Assembly (NCBI GenBank): GCA_963924565.1
Contig: OZ004613.1
Span: 8,928,001 to 8,992,000 of the forward strand
Source of the DNA: Ascidiella aspersa
Lineage: Eukaryota
DNA length: 64,000 nt
Reading direction: 5' to 3'
Shown here: positions 25,301-37,945 of the stretch, piece after piece
How the letters are laid out: every line of letters starts with the position of its first letter
How positions within the stretch are numbered: the first letter of the stretch is position 1
Notes under the pieces: generated by a model
What the model was told of the DNA's origin: nothing
Database searches by the model: none
Seen by the model: only the letters and a program-made list of their open reading frames with translations
Program-made: the position numbers and the translations under genes

Positions 25301-28300
25301 GCGCATTGATATTTCTACTACGTCTTACTACAACCTTCAACCATTATGCTTCAAAGTTTATTGTCAGCCACTATGGAGAAAAGACAAGGATCACTCTATG
25401 CAAGTCGGAGAGTACCATCCGCAAGCTTGCCAAAATGCGCGAGGACTTGCCTTCGCTGCGATCTAACACTCAATGTGTTAAAAATATATAAACCTATGTA
25501 TGGGTAAATTGATGCTATAGTTGTTATGTCAGTAACCAGTGTCTAGTACTTTTTTCAGGAAGACTTCGAGTGCCCATGGGAGTGAAAATGCTTAATATGA
25601 TGATGATTAGATAGAATCACTTCATTTGAAAAAGCTTTACGAAACAGCTATAGTGAATTTAATCAACAACAGAGTTATATTCGTTTTGTTTTAGAATCAA
25701 ATAATGATTTTGTGATCAATTTATTAATATCATGAATAACACAGACTTAACTATGGTTTTGTAAATTGTCACTCCGAATTGCAAAAACATTTTTTTAATA
25801 AGTGTAATATTAGTCTTCAATTTCTAAAACGTTTCGGAATTACGAAGAAGAAACCACGCAGAAAACATTAGACTTTACTGGGAACGATAAAAGCTATACA
25901 GTTGCTTTATTAGCTTGTTGCTGAGTTGTAAATAAAACCAATTCGTAGTAGCCTACACGGAGTCAGATCTAAACTGAGATTTCGTTGCAAGTTATAAAGT
26001 ATACGCAAGTTGAGTGACGTAACCCCTTCAACCTGGCGCGCGAATTCAAATAGTTGCAAGCCGCCGTTCAAAGAAGCGAAAGATGCGTATCTAGCAGTTT
26101 TGGCGACCTGGCGCAGACTGTGAAATTGCCGCGGTGTCTTCCGAGCTTATTTTGACAAGCGCCGTTTTCGTTACAATGACAGATGGGCGGAAAGCAATAT
26201 AAAGTTTGACAAGTTAACTGAAGATGATACAAGCTCGTATCGAAACGTCTTGATAATCAAGATGATGTCGATCTACGACCTTTTTGGCTTTGCAATTCAT
26301 TATCAAGCAACATTACAGATCCGTGCATAGCGTACCAGGTTTGACACGATTCAAATGTTGGTCGGTAAGTAGATAATTAATCAATTGAGCGCTACAATAA
26401 CGTTTGACCGGTAATTTATCGCGCGTAACCTAATTACCTTTGCCAGGCGCCCAGTTCAGGGTTATAGGTCACGTGTGACCGCTGTCTGACGTCACAAATG
26501 TGCAACGGTGGCTCCAAAGCCCAGCATACCTCGGCAGACAGCGATTAGTCGGCTTAGCTGTTTGCTGAATAAACAGCAGCCCCCTGATTCTGGGGTGTTC
26601 TACTGGACAAATGACACAAACCCCCGCTGGGGGTAAAGCCGGGGGCGGATTAGCGGTTGGGGGTGCCAGCTAACGACTGATGTTCACCTTTGGAAACCTG
26701 ACCCCAGCCTGTTGAGTGTTATCTGCTAAAAGCACATCGCGCGTTTAGTCGATAAAAGACACGCTATTCGTTTAAACGGCTCAAAGCAGGGTTTAAATCT
26801 TGAAAAATTCCAGCCGCATTTCTGGGTGTCCGCCATTCGTACATGAATAATTGCAATTCGATTAATTAGCTTTGGATATTGCTTACAGCCATAGAAATCA
26901 ACGTGTTTGGAAACAGTTGCAACGAAAACAACACAGTAATAAGGGATTTTGCTTTGTATTTCATAGGCTATAATGAATATTTTCTGTGGTATACGTAAAC
27001 GCTTTTTTTTCACATTTGCTTCGTATTTAAACCGCAGTTTAAATTTTTTACAACCCTGTGACAATATGACACGCCACGGTTGGGCGGCTACTATAGAGAT
27101 TTTCCATGCCTGAAAGATTTGCTGTTGATCACGATTTTACTAAATTCGAAAATAAATGCTGAACTAATGTCGAAAGTTGAATATTAGAAATAGATCGAAT
27201 TTCAAGAAACGTAAGATAACAATTTTTCAAGAAATCTAATTTTTTTTGGAATTATGTTTACTATTTTGAAGTCAATACAATCGTTCTGACGTATACCGAT
27301 GTATATCTGTGGTTCCTATGTTATTGTTACAGTCAGAGGACACCGGAATCGGCAAGGCGTTTGTTTTTACTGCTGGTTGATTAAAACATTTCAAAAAAAT
27401 ATTGGTACTAAATGTGCGGAGATAAACTTAACGTTTCCCCAAAACAGTAAAACCTTTTGATTCTCGATTAGCGAAATAGCTAAAACCAGTCCGAGAGCGG
27501 ATTCCGAAAACCAAGGAAAAAAGGCAATCGGAAAGTACGAGAGAGCTCAAATATAGGAACGGCGTGAAGCGGAGAAGTTAACTACACACTGAACGATAAT
27601 CGAATGATGATATTTCGCCGATCGGCCATCTCTCCAGACGAGTGTCTGGTTCACACGGCCATCAACGGCCGAGTCATTTGCCAGTCGTGCTTCTCGTGTC
27701 CGGACGAACACACACGTATGGCTTTGAGCACCGTACAAGGCGAAAAACATGCTAAAAAAACGGGCGAAGGAAGCCGTTGCTTTTTACATCGCTACCGATC
27801 TGAGCGTTGAATTACACAGGATGGAGACCATTTTAGAGTAACCAGTCCTTAACAGGGGCCCACGGACAGTCCACGAGGTAATGCCATTGGTAAAACATGG
27901 GATAATTGTGAACTATAAGCAAACAATAATTGGCATCAAAAATTAACTTCAGCTGTAAACAGATTGATTTCTTACCGAATCCCTTGATTTCGTGAGTGTA
28001 CACTGGTGGTGTTTTAAAGGTGCTTTGAGGAACTAAAACGGTCCCTCAAAACATAGCCGAAAAACAGCCGTAAATATTCAGTCAAGTATTTGTTTTTACA
28101 TTCTCAGATAGAATAGTTCTGGTTCCTTAAAGTTTCTTGGTGAAAAAAAAAATGACACAGGCCTTGTTTTTTAGCAACTACCCCCAAACAACCCGGCACC
28201 CTAGCCTGATTTGTAAAGTGGTTGTATCCGGCTACGTCTTAATCACATTCTTATCAAGAGAGGAATTCTGAGGGTGACGCGCCTTTAGAAGGCCAAGAAT

Positions 28301-31174
28301 GTGTTTTGGATACATTTTACCCCAAGGTAATATCAAGTGATGTTACCGTTGTGTGGTAATCGTGACACTTTATTTTTCAGACAATCAGTAACTAAAAAAA
28401 ATTAAATGCTTTAATAAAAGCTGTCTCGCCATGCGTACATTCGGGACGCACAAGAACCACCTCTAGGCGGCTTTTAGCACTGTTGTGGTCAGGCGCTATT
28501 GATAGACGAAAAGACCGGCGACTAATAAGCACCTTCGCCCAAAGCAGCCGCGTAAACATCGGGATGAAAAATTATAGCCCGCCGCCTCGCGAGCCCGCAA
28601 TTACCGCAAGTCGGTTTCCGAATGGCCGAAGAAGACCTATAAGCCGAGCCCGCCGGTCGAAAAACCTGGCCACATCGGCGAGCAGTAATTGCTGGGTGCG
28701 ATACGCAGTGTTGGCCGCTGGCGAGTTTTCTCAGCACTTAAGCGCCGACGATTGCCTGAGAAAAAGCATACCCCAATACTTTTACGCGCGATCGGCCAGT
28801 GCTGACTGTCAAAGCACCGATATAACCATGCTATGTGCGCGATTACTTAAAAAGGTCAACTGGCCTGCGGTTTTGGCAGGGTGGTGTATTGCATGCGCCT
28901 TTGCCCGCAGATCCGTTTATGCCATCTCGTAGACGCATTACCGCAATCCGTCAGCGCAGTTAGGTGATTGGACGGGGTAAAGGTGCCTTGGCGTTGACGC
29001 CAAACCGCAGTGACTGCGATTTTTTTTTCGTTTGACAAATGACATGTATGTGCAAATCGGTTTCTGGCACCTTTGTGAAACGGAAATTAAACGACATCGA
29101 ATGACCATGTTGGCGCCCGCATCGGACTTGTCAATACAGTTTATCAAAAAACTATAGTGATACATGCCGATAATATTGAACGTACGAAACTGCCATGTAC
29201 TTCACTATCTTACACAGTGGAGATAAAATAATGTAAATAAGCCAATACAGTTTCAACCAATGTGTGGGTTTACGCGCTAACGCAATGCATTACTTAACTA
29301 TATCTTACACCATGAAGATAAATTAATGTTAAGAAGCCAATACAGTTTTAAGTAATATGCAGTTTTACATGCTAACAAAACGGCAGGCGCAATTTGTCTC
29401 TCTTGTGCCTTGTCAGTTAGGATAAATTGGACATCCCAGTCCGGATTGCTGATGGGCTGTTTACATGTTGTTGTCAGAAACAGTCGCGCTGTCTCCAACC
29501 CTCGGTCCTAAGCGGATTAAATGGATTGACGGGCCGAGAAATGCTGGCCTGGAACAACTATGCAAGGGATTTTGCCAAAGATTCGCAGCGTGAGACACAA
29601 GATCAAAACAAAAGTAAGCAGTCCTTCACTGCTTCGACAAGCACTGAATGCGCGTTTAAAGTCGGTTTTGCCTTCACCAACGAATTTGAAGACTTATCCG
29701 AACGATCTCGAGATTTTATGGCACTTCTGGTCAGTTGTAGGTTTATAAATGCAACAAGCAAGATTAGAAACGATCACTGCGATATTCTCACATCAAATTG
29801 CGAGGTTCATTTTAAGGCCTAGTAGAAAGCAATTTATACAAAAACGTGTATAGCTTTGGCGCAACACACCATCAAAGATTACGCCTTTGAGAAACACTGG
29901 TGTAAATTCTATTACAAATAAACGAGTCGAAACAGGTTAAGCAAACAACAAAAAATAGCCGCATAAAGCTATAGTCCCAAATCTTACAAAAGCCACAATC
30001 GGCAGCACAGCCAAAAAACTACTATAGCCTCGTTCAGGAAACGGGCAGAAAGTCAAGGTACCTTGCACATTCCGGCTCCGAAAGGCCACTCTAGCAGAAA
30101 CCTCTGCGTTGAGCTAAAGGGCAATGTGACCAAAAAGAGTGTGTCGGCCACGGCCAGGTTCCAGATGTAGATGTTGGCCACCGTCTTGGTCATCTCCTTG
30201 CTTCCAAAGATGACGAACATCACCTAAACGTGTTAAAATCGACGCTGTTTTTCGATGGTGATAAAGGAAGTTTAAGTGTTATACAGAGGTGTAGCGAAGG
30301 GGTAAGCTGTGGGGTACATATGTCCCCGGGCGCCAAAATGAGGCTGCTTCTTCTTAAAAACAATGTTCTATTGAAATGTACATTGTTTTTACGTATAAAG
30401 TAAGGTATATTATATTAATATAATAGGAAATGTGATTAAACATGGAGAAGGGGCGCCAGCTTTATAATTTCCCCGGGCGCAAAATACCTTGGTTAAGGGA
30501 AACTATAGTAGTTAAGGGAAACTTTGCGAGTGGTTAAGGGAACTATCGTCATTTTTTAAGATCGTTTTTACCTAGAGGTTGAGAATTGCCGGTTGCTTTA
30601 CCATATCCATAATTTGTGGCTGTTTTTAATGCGAAATATGTAGTTTATTGGCTAAAAACTTAACAAACAGCAAATGCTGGCTATGCAAACAAATGCTGGC
30701 TATGCTTAAGAAAAAAACACAGTAAACCGGTTCCCACGAATCCAATGGAGCAATTTTTTAAACCAGACATACGAAAGGTTGTAAATTGCCTCGCCAACCT
30801 CGAACGCTGCTAATTTGCGCGCGCCAAATTGGTCACTTACCTTTTGAACTGCTATTTACTGAAAAATCAGTCCCAGCGAATTATACGCAAGCACTTACCA
30901 GTCCGTTTCCGATCAATCCTATCACGCAGATCAAACAGTACACGACCGGTATCACTATTTGGCTGGGAGCGTAGTAGGTCTTCATGGCCTCGAAAAACTT
31001 GAGCATTTCGGTGCAATTTGTCGTCATCATACTGTCGTTGCCCGGGATTCCACCGGGAACGCCTGGGTCCATATCCGGGTAGTGGCCCCCGTCGGTGGGT
31101 ACCGGGTAATTCCCGAATGGGTCCTCGTTGCCGTAGTCCCCGCCAACATCTAATCCTGGCCAGTTGTCCGCCAT
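13352..31174 (-). CDS. Class A (rhodopsin-like) peptide GPCR, somatostatin/opioid receptor-like with chemokine/angiotensin receptor-like features; 10 coding exons, 481 aa
   Basis: Exons 31174-30899 (N-terminus, TM1 GLIGNGL), 30223-30062 (TM2 NLAVAD, WPFG, CK), 24928-24794 (TM3 MSIDRY), 23882-23810 (TM4 IWVVS), 20550-20407 (ECL2), 19725-19493 (TM5 FVIPFAIISVCY), 18481-18306 (RRKVTRMV, CWLPFY, FANS), 16143-16039 (CLNPILY), 15773-15680 and 13399-13352 (PKNGERKPATTEKLL*). All phases are compatible, total 1446 nt. One donor is GC. Confidence 0.92.
14971..15045. repeat. Short foldback element (19-bp arms AAAATAAGTTCTTCTGGTA / TACCAGAAGAACTTATTTT)
   Basis: Perfect inverted arms. Related arms (AATAGCTCTTCTGGTAA / TTACCAGAAGAGCTATT) at 58025-58141 suggest a small MITE family. 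Confidence 0.65.
21776..23120. repeat. 214-bp tandem repeat, about 6 copies, in GPCR intron 4
   Basis: Near-identical ORF track entries recur at 214-bp spacing (21844, 22058, 22272, 22486); each unit contains internal sub-repeats of about 30 bp. Confidence 0.95.
24398..24770. repeat. Imperfect tandem duplication (unit about 198 bp, 2 copies) next to the donor of GPCR exon 3
   Basis: AAGGAACTGAC...ATAGGCGAAA...TGATCGAC...AAACCTGCTGCCAGTGG...TTTGGATTT occurs twice, starting at about 24398 and 24596. Confidence 0.8.
25157..25480 (+). mobile_element. Decayed Penelope-like element: inverted pseudo-LTR, degenerate hammerhead and ORF N-terminus
   Basis: Imperfect inverted arms at about 25157-25232 and 25263-25344; mutated hammerhead core tTGAAaATGAA...TTCGAAACGTT; downstream peptide FIVSHYGEKTRITLCKSESTIRKLAKMREDL resembles Penelope ORF N-termini. 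A related fragment lies at about 46280-46347. Confidence 0.5.
26206..26260 (+). ncRNA. Minimal type I hammerhead ribozyme in a Penelope-type pseudo-LTR
   Basis: Stem I GTTAA/TTGAT extended by TTGA/TCAA; CTGAAGA(T) at 26218-26225; stem II GATAC-aagctc-GTATC; GAAAC GTC with predicted cleavage after 26249; TATAAA just upstream. Confidence 0.75.
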
Positions 31175-31960
31175 TTTTGGTTAAAATTGAAATAATAAGT
31201 TAAAATGTCTTAAACCAGTGTCTCTCAAACTTTACGGCTTACGGACTCCTATAAAAAGATGAATAGATTGCGGCACAGATAGAACTGGGCGACCCGAGAT
31301 TTTTATAGAGCAATGTCCTTTTGGTGACACTGTTTATATTTACTCATATTATTTTTTTAACATTTGCTGCTAAAAGTGTGTTTGCTGGATAGCTAAAGCC
31401 TAAACAAGCATTTGCTTAAAATTTCAGCTTATTAGCCTTACAACTTTCGGAGATATTTCTCTACAAAATCTCGGCGCGCTTAGTTCGCTCAGGTACTGTA
31501 ATTTGCTACAGTAAAAACAATTGCAACATCGTTCATCAATAGTGTACAATATACGGGAAAACCTTCGATTAACAGTCCCCCATTTTAAGAGGCTTAGCAT
31601 AAAGCAAAAAAGAGCAGATCCGAAATAGGAAAGAATCCGAAATAACTCTTATCACCCGTAATGAGCTACTATATTAGATTTGTGTCGGCACAGAAAGACC
31701 CGTCTATTTTATTGATATTATTATTTATAAAACTGTACATTGTGCCTTAAATTTTAGTTTATTGATTGTCAATTTTAGCGAAACATTATTTTACACCATC
31801 TTCCCCTATAGCTAAAATAATATCTCCGTGTATGTTACGTGTTATTCAGGCATCACGTATACTGGCCACATATAAAGCATCTCTTAAACTCCTGTCCAGT
31901 TTATGAGCCAATGAAACGCGATTGCTTTTGCACAACAAAACGTATACGCTCCTGACACAT

Positions 31961-32027
31961 TAACAACTCTACAGGCACGTTAACAACTCTACAGACACGT
32001 TAACAACTCTACACGCACGTTAACAAC
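31961..32027. repeat. 20-bp tandem repeat (TAACAACTCTACAGACACGT), about 3.3 copies
   Basis: Directly visible. Confidence 0.85.
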
Positions 32028-35000
32028 AGAGCAAACAGATGCGCGCTTTTTATCGCCATAAAACCTGTCGAAAAAGTACCCGCCGATGCCGACAGACAAA
32101 ACTCCTTTCGCGGCGGCCTGTAAACAGTTTTGGCGGCTTTAACGTATCGCTATAAAAAACAGCGGTTTTTGGCAATTTCTTTCGCTAGAACATAGTCTCG
32201 TAAAACCTGTCAGCTGCCTTCTAACCTCAACACAAGGCGGCCGGTGTCTGCGGGCAGTTTGTCAAAACAGAAGACTGCCTCGACAAGCCGCTAAGCCCTG
32301 TGCAAATGTCAGGAGCGTCACAGCGCAGGCGACGGCGCCTGTGTAGTGATGTAATGTGAGCTTGCCGAAGTGAGTCGGTCGGTCCGGGGCCCGAGCCTCG
32401 TCGGAAACACAGAAAAAGGTTTCAAGCGCAATCAGGCCGCATTTGGAGTAGCCATGACGCGGGCGAACTTCCGTGCTAGTGGCTGCGCAAAGCTCACTGG
32501 AAAATATGCTTGTTTAAAGGCAGTTATTCTTGAACTGTGTGCAGTGAAACACCAGCTTACCTTGAGAGATTTTCTGGTGCACCGCGAACTTTTTTGTAAT
32601 TTTACAACATAACTTATTTCAAAATAGGCGTGCATGCGAGCATATAAGACTCAAAGGCGCAATATTCACAAGACACCATTTCCATAATACTGGAAAGCTG
32701 TTTCTTTGCTGTGTACAAGCATGAACATTTACAGAACTAAATTTTCAAAGCAACTTTTGTAGAAAAAGTGCTGCGATTTATTTTACTTTTTTAGTGCAAC
32801 ACAAACCGAAAAAAGTCAGCACAACTGGTTCTGTTTTAGGATTAAAGGCTCTTGGAAAGAAATTACATCATCAACAAATTACATCAATTAAGTCGATAAA
32901 GAAATGTTGAAACTGTTTACTGTTACGCGCGCGGTTCTTTACATATGTATGCAAAAATAATTGTCTATTACTAGATTATTTACATTTTCAATAGGTAAAA
33001 ACGCCCAGAAAAGGTGTGTTAAACGCTGGGAAACTCCCAAGTTACAAAATAATGTGGGCTGGCATTTAGCCCAAACTGCCTCTGTTTGCTAGGTTCTGTA
33101 TGAACTCGGCGTCTGTCTAATAATGGTTTTGCCTAATAATGGTTTGCTTGGTGGTGCCGGTGGTAATTTGTCCGCGAGTTAAGCCGTTACGGAAAGGCAA
33201 AGCCCTCGCGCGCTGTAGCTTAGCTTAAATACACACCGCGAAAGCCCTAAATGTCGCTGTCTAGATCATCCGTATCCACAACGGTCTGTGCGTCACTTAC
33301 TTTCCTGGAGTCTAGCCGCATCCGATACTCCAGGGCTGCATTTTCGAATTCTCTAAGGGCGCGAAAAACACACACGCGGATTTTTGGCCGTTGTGTCTGA
33401 CAAATGAGTAAGCGGCAAACGATTTTCTTGACTTATTTAATGTATCAGCTGCCATTTAAACGCTACGCGGTTTTAAAATGTCTCGTGAAAAAAAGATCAC
33501 AAAATCGCAAAATTTGACACACATTTTTTCAATTGGAAAGTTGTAAATTTCTCCTTCAATGCATCATCTTGCGTTTAGTTTAAAAAAAACAGTTAAAACA
33601 GTTTTACCGAAATTGTAGCTTTGACATACACCATGTGCTATATTCCTACACTTTACGCACGCAGAAATTACATGGGTCAATACAGTTAAAATTCGCCATT
33701 TACAAAATTCGAGCGTAACGTCTGCAAAGTGTCACTGTATTTTTATCGTTATCAAGGCTAAAAACTCTGATTTTACCTAAGCCAAAATGGTAGAGTCGAA
33801 CAGTTTCAATCCAAATTTCGGCAAACCCAATCGCGCTCTGAAATCTCGACACTTTTGTTTGCGAAGCCTGGCTGTAGTAGTATTATTATTGTTATCGAAG
33901 CTGGACATCTCTCTGAAGATTCACACACGGGCGCTTTTGCCTGACGAATCGACCCGATATGAACCAACGATCCTGTCCAGTGTGTAACTTTCGGATTAGA
34001 ACTGGAGCACGCGGTAAACAGGTCTTTTGTCAGCGGAGGGTTCATGCAGTCGTTGTATATGCATATTCCCTTCACTGGATGGGTGTGCTGCTGTTTGCAC
34101 AACCCTGATTAGTGATCACACTTGCCACAGGTATTCTTAAGCCTGTTTTGAGTAAAGCCCTCCGCCCTCGTATCTATGTTTGATGGTTTGTGGATAACAT
34201 TGCGGAAAGCAGTGGATTTATGCGTTTAATCAGTTTAAACATCTTAGAGAATTGTGTCGCAATTGGACCATCATGAAACGGTTTTTGTGAATAGACTCTT
34301 TCGCAAATAAAGGTGACAGAATTAGAAAGAGTTTTGCTCAACAAAAACCATTACTATTATTACACATTTGCAAAAATAAATACCGAACAATTGGTAAAGT
34401 AACAAAATCACTTTTACGTTTCGGCAAAACCTCATGCCAACATTAGTGTAAAAATTGTCGTTTTTTCTTTTTGTATATGTTATTGTTTTTTATGTTCGCT
34501 TGCATATTTTACATTGTTAATGGCATGAGGCATTTCCGAAACGTTTGTTAACAACGAAATGACAATATTTAATGGCTTTAATATTTTTATTGAAATTACT
34601 ACAAAAAGTGTATTGAGTTCCAAATGAAAACATCAGCTTGTTCATATTCCATATTAACAATTTCAAAAAAACATTGCGTACTTTGTATTTCAGGGTTAGT
34701 CATACGTAAACGATTTTCACACCCAAAACGCCTTACAAGTATTCCATTGTCCCCGACGAACACAAGCGACCCAAATTGTAATGCCACTTTGCTTGTCCGC
34801 TTTTGTCAAATTGCACGCATATCCGTTGACGTAACGAAATGTAGATAAGGCGCCGCGATTTCGTCACTGACGCCCGTACGTTCTTATTGAGGGGAACGAA
34901 AACTCGTCGGTCTTTACTGAGGGATTTGGTAAGGCGCGTGTCACCCGTACCACCCAAAGCGCTACTTAGGTCGGCTTAAAGTGCTCTCTATAGTCGCGAG

Positions 35001-36593
35001 TGTCTGCATTCAAAGACAGCTATACAGCGTTCGGAAATACACCTGGCAATTTACGAATGGCTCGCTGAAGTTCAGCAAAACGAGCGCGCCTCCAAGCGAA
35101 GGACAAAGGCTAGTTAAGCGATAATTCCTAGCAGATTAAGGCCAAAATAAACATGTTTACTTAAACTTTTTTCAAAACAAAAACAATACTTCCGTCTTAA
35201 GACCATCAGTCTATATTTTCAACATTAAAAAATAAACAATTAAAATGACCAAAAATTCAAATATTATTAATCGCAAAAACAACTAAAAACTTCAGGTTCA
35301 AACTAGATTATATTGATAGCGTAGGAATAAACCTTATCATCGCTGCCTCGTTTGTTATGAATTGATTGGGCACTCAGGGTTTAATCCGGCGAAAAAACTA
35401 TATTAACATTCATAACCGATCGCTAAAATTTTCCAAAGTCCCTAGAACCATAATATAAATCAGGACCGGGCGAATCTTTCACACGCTGATTTTGAAAGGC
35501 GTAGTTTAGCAAAGAACCAAAAATAATTAAATTTTTTAAAGTTTTAAAATTTTATGTTTATCTATTAATAGGCGCAATACCGCGATCTTTCAGCCCAGGG
35601 AAAAGTCGTCGCAAGGACGTTTGACTTATACTTACAAACATACGCGCCTATATGTCGAACAGCAGTAAACACGTTAACGATTGTACGACGTGCCCAGTTA
35701 CACGTTCCACCTTGTGTAAGATTTTACTGGTCAAACTAAGCAATTGTTTATGCCAGTGAAAACACCTGTTACTTGATGTTAATCCGTCGGGAAGCGTTAT
35801 ACAAAAAACTCCCGCCGTAAATCGAACTACGCCTTCGTAAACCCGTGAAAACTCTTTCTGTGAACGAACTTATTTATGACCGTGATATTTTTTCTCAATA
35901 CATCCCTGATCCCACCTTATACTACGCTTTTTCTAGCTTTCCCTCATGAAAAAATATTTTACCGCACAATTCACAGGCAAGGACGCAGGCCTATCACAAT
36001 GGCAAAAATATATACCGAGATTAAGTTACAAATATTTTGTCGAAAGCTGCCGATATAAAACCATTTCTTGCAGAAAACGTTTTACATAAATCAGTAAACT
36101 TAAGCATATAGCAGAAGTAATTCAAAGTATACAAAAGTCTATTTCCCCATTTACGTCAGGCGAACCATAAAAGCTGTCTCTCGAAATAGAAAAGCATCGC
36201 TAAGACCTCAGAAAACAGAAAAACGAACAAAATTGCGACAGAAGTATCCGAAACCAACTGTACAAGAGAGGATTGTTTCCTATCAAGAAGAGATCTCGAC
36301 ATTAACAAGATTACTGTCAAAAAAACGAAGCCGTCGTCGGCAATTACAAAAGGGCGCTTATAATACAGCGCCACGCGTTGCTACACTTTGAATGGTTCAC
36401 GCTCCTTAGGCTTGTTTACGACGCTCGATGCATGAACGGACGCCAAAGTGGCTACACAGTAGTAGCCAGTCGCTAAACGCCAAATACTTTTACCTGTAGA
36501 GAGGTGCTACTTCGGCTGCAACAAACCCATGACGGCAAGTAGCGTAAAAACACAGGGACTCAATAAAAGTTTTAAGAGCGCCCTTTGCAAGGA

Positions 36594-36894
36594 CCTTGGT
36601 GAACTAGGCGTGCCGAGATTTTGTATAGGCCAATATCTCCGAACGTTGTGCCGCTAATAAGTTTTGTATTGGCTGTAGCGATTCCCGTGCAATCACACCT
36701 TAAAATAATTAATTTTATAACTTTTGCGACAATATTTACCGATATTACCATCTATAATTATTGAGCTTTCTCGCTGAATTTTTCACCATATAAACTAAGT
36801 CATGTTCTCCTATAAGAGCCATATCTTGTAGCAATATAAATCGGTCCATGCTTTTTACATTCGATCAAATCTCGGCGCGCCAAGTTCACCCAGG
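36594..36894. mobile_element. MITE-like element with imperfect TIRs of about 28 bp
   Basis: CCTTGGTGAACTAGGCGTGCCGAGATTT ... AAATCTCGGCGCGCCAAGTTCACCCAGG; a second, decayed copy at about 31280-31493. TSD not resolved. Confidence 0.65.
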
Positions 36895-37756
36895 TTAGTT
36901 CGTTCCGTCCGCCGAGTGCTTTGCACTACGTTCTCTTATGTATTTAGTTAGCCAATGTCTAGGCTGGTTCTTTGCTTTTAAGTCCAATTTCCGCAGACGA
37001 GTCGCAAGGCTGTACTGTCCAAACAACTGGTATCTTTGCCCCATTGTAAACAACCATCCCGGAACGTACTTGCGTCTGCGGTTATTTGGCCCTGTATGTA
37101 TTTACTGACGCAAAACTATCCTGTAACTCAAACCGCACGTAGAACAGTTTGCTCAACCTGTACCGCTGTAGTAATAGGTGAATGCTTTTTGGTTGAATGA
37201 GAGCAGTTTTTAGGTATTTTGTAAAGTCTCAGAAAATTACTCGCAAGGTAATCTTCATAAAGTTATTTTCTTTCTTAGTCAAATTAAATCGACGTAAAAT
37301 CTAAAATCTTGTACTAGATGATTTTTCTTTTAATTTTTTGGCGTTATGAAGTAAATTTGAGCTATATTTTTATGTAGAAACCTTTTGCATTGGCTCAGCG
37401 ATTGTAAAGGGCCAACAGCTGGCGCCCCCGGAAAAGGTTGAGAACCGCTGACGTAGAGAGTTTATCAACAAAACAACTAAATTATCTAGAGCAATACGCT
37501 TCTCTGTGTGTTTCGAAGTTTAACATTCCCGTGTAGACTTGTGTCTGCTGCGGTCTGCGCGCAACGAAACTGTTTCTTCAACGGGGGAGTTGCGGCCAAC
37601 AACAAGTGGCTTGTGATCTTGGACATGGCGAGGCTTGTTTGTCGAAAGGTTCCGCTCGCATTCCTTGCCTTTCGCTTGCCAGAGCAAAGTGTAATAAAAC
37701 TTTTAAGGTCTATTCCAATGGTTATCATTCTTTCACCTTTTACGAGAGGGTGGCCC

Positions 37757-37945
37757 CAGTGTTGTAATAACTTAAGCCAATGATTTGACTTAAATGCAGT
37801 TAAGACACTGTTTCAAATGACTTAACTTGACTTGGCTTGGAATTGACTTGCTCTAAGAATGACTGACTAGGACTTTACCTATTATTTAACAAAAATACTT
37901 GACTTCGACTTGGGCGTATTTTAAAATGACTTGTTTACAACACTG
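37757..37945. mobile_element. hAT-like MITE family B, short copy
   Basis: CAGTGTTGTAA...TTACAACACTG termini with internal GACTT repeats; no clean TSD. Confidence 0.7.
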
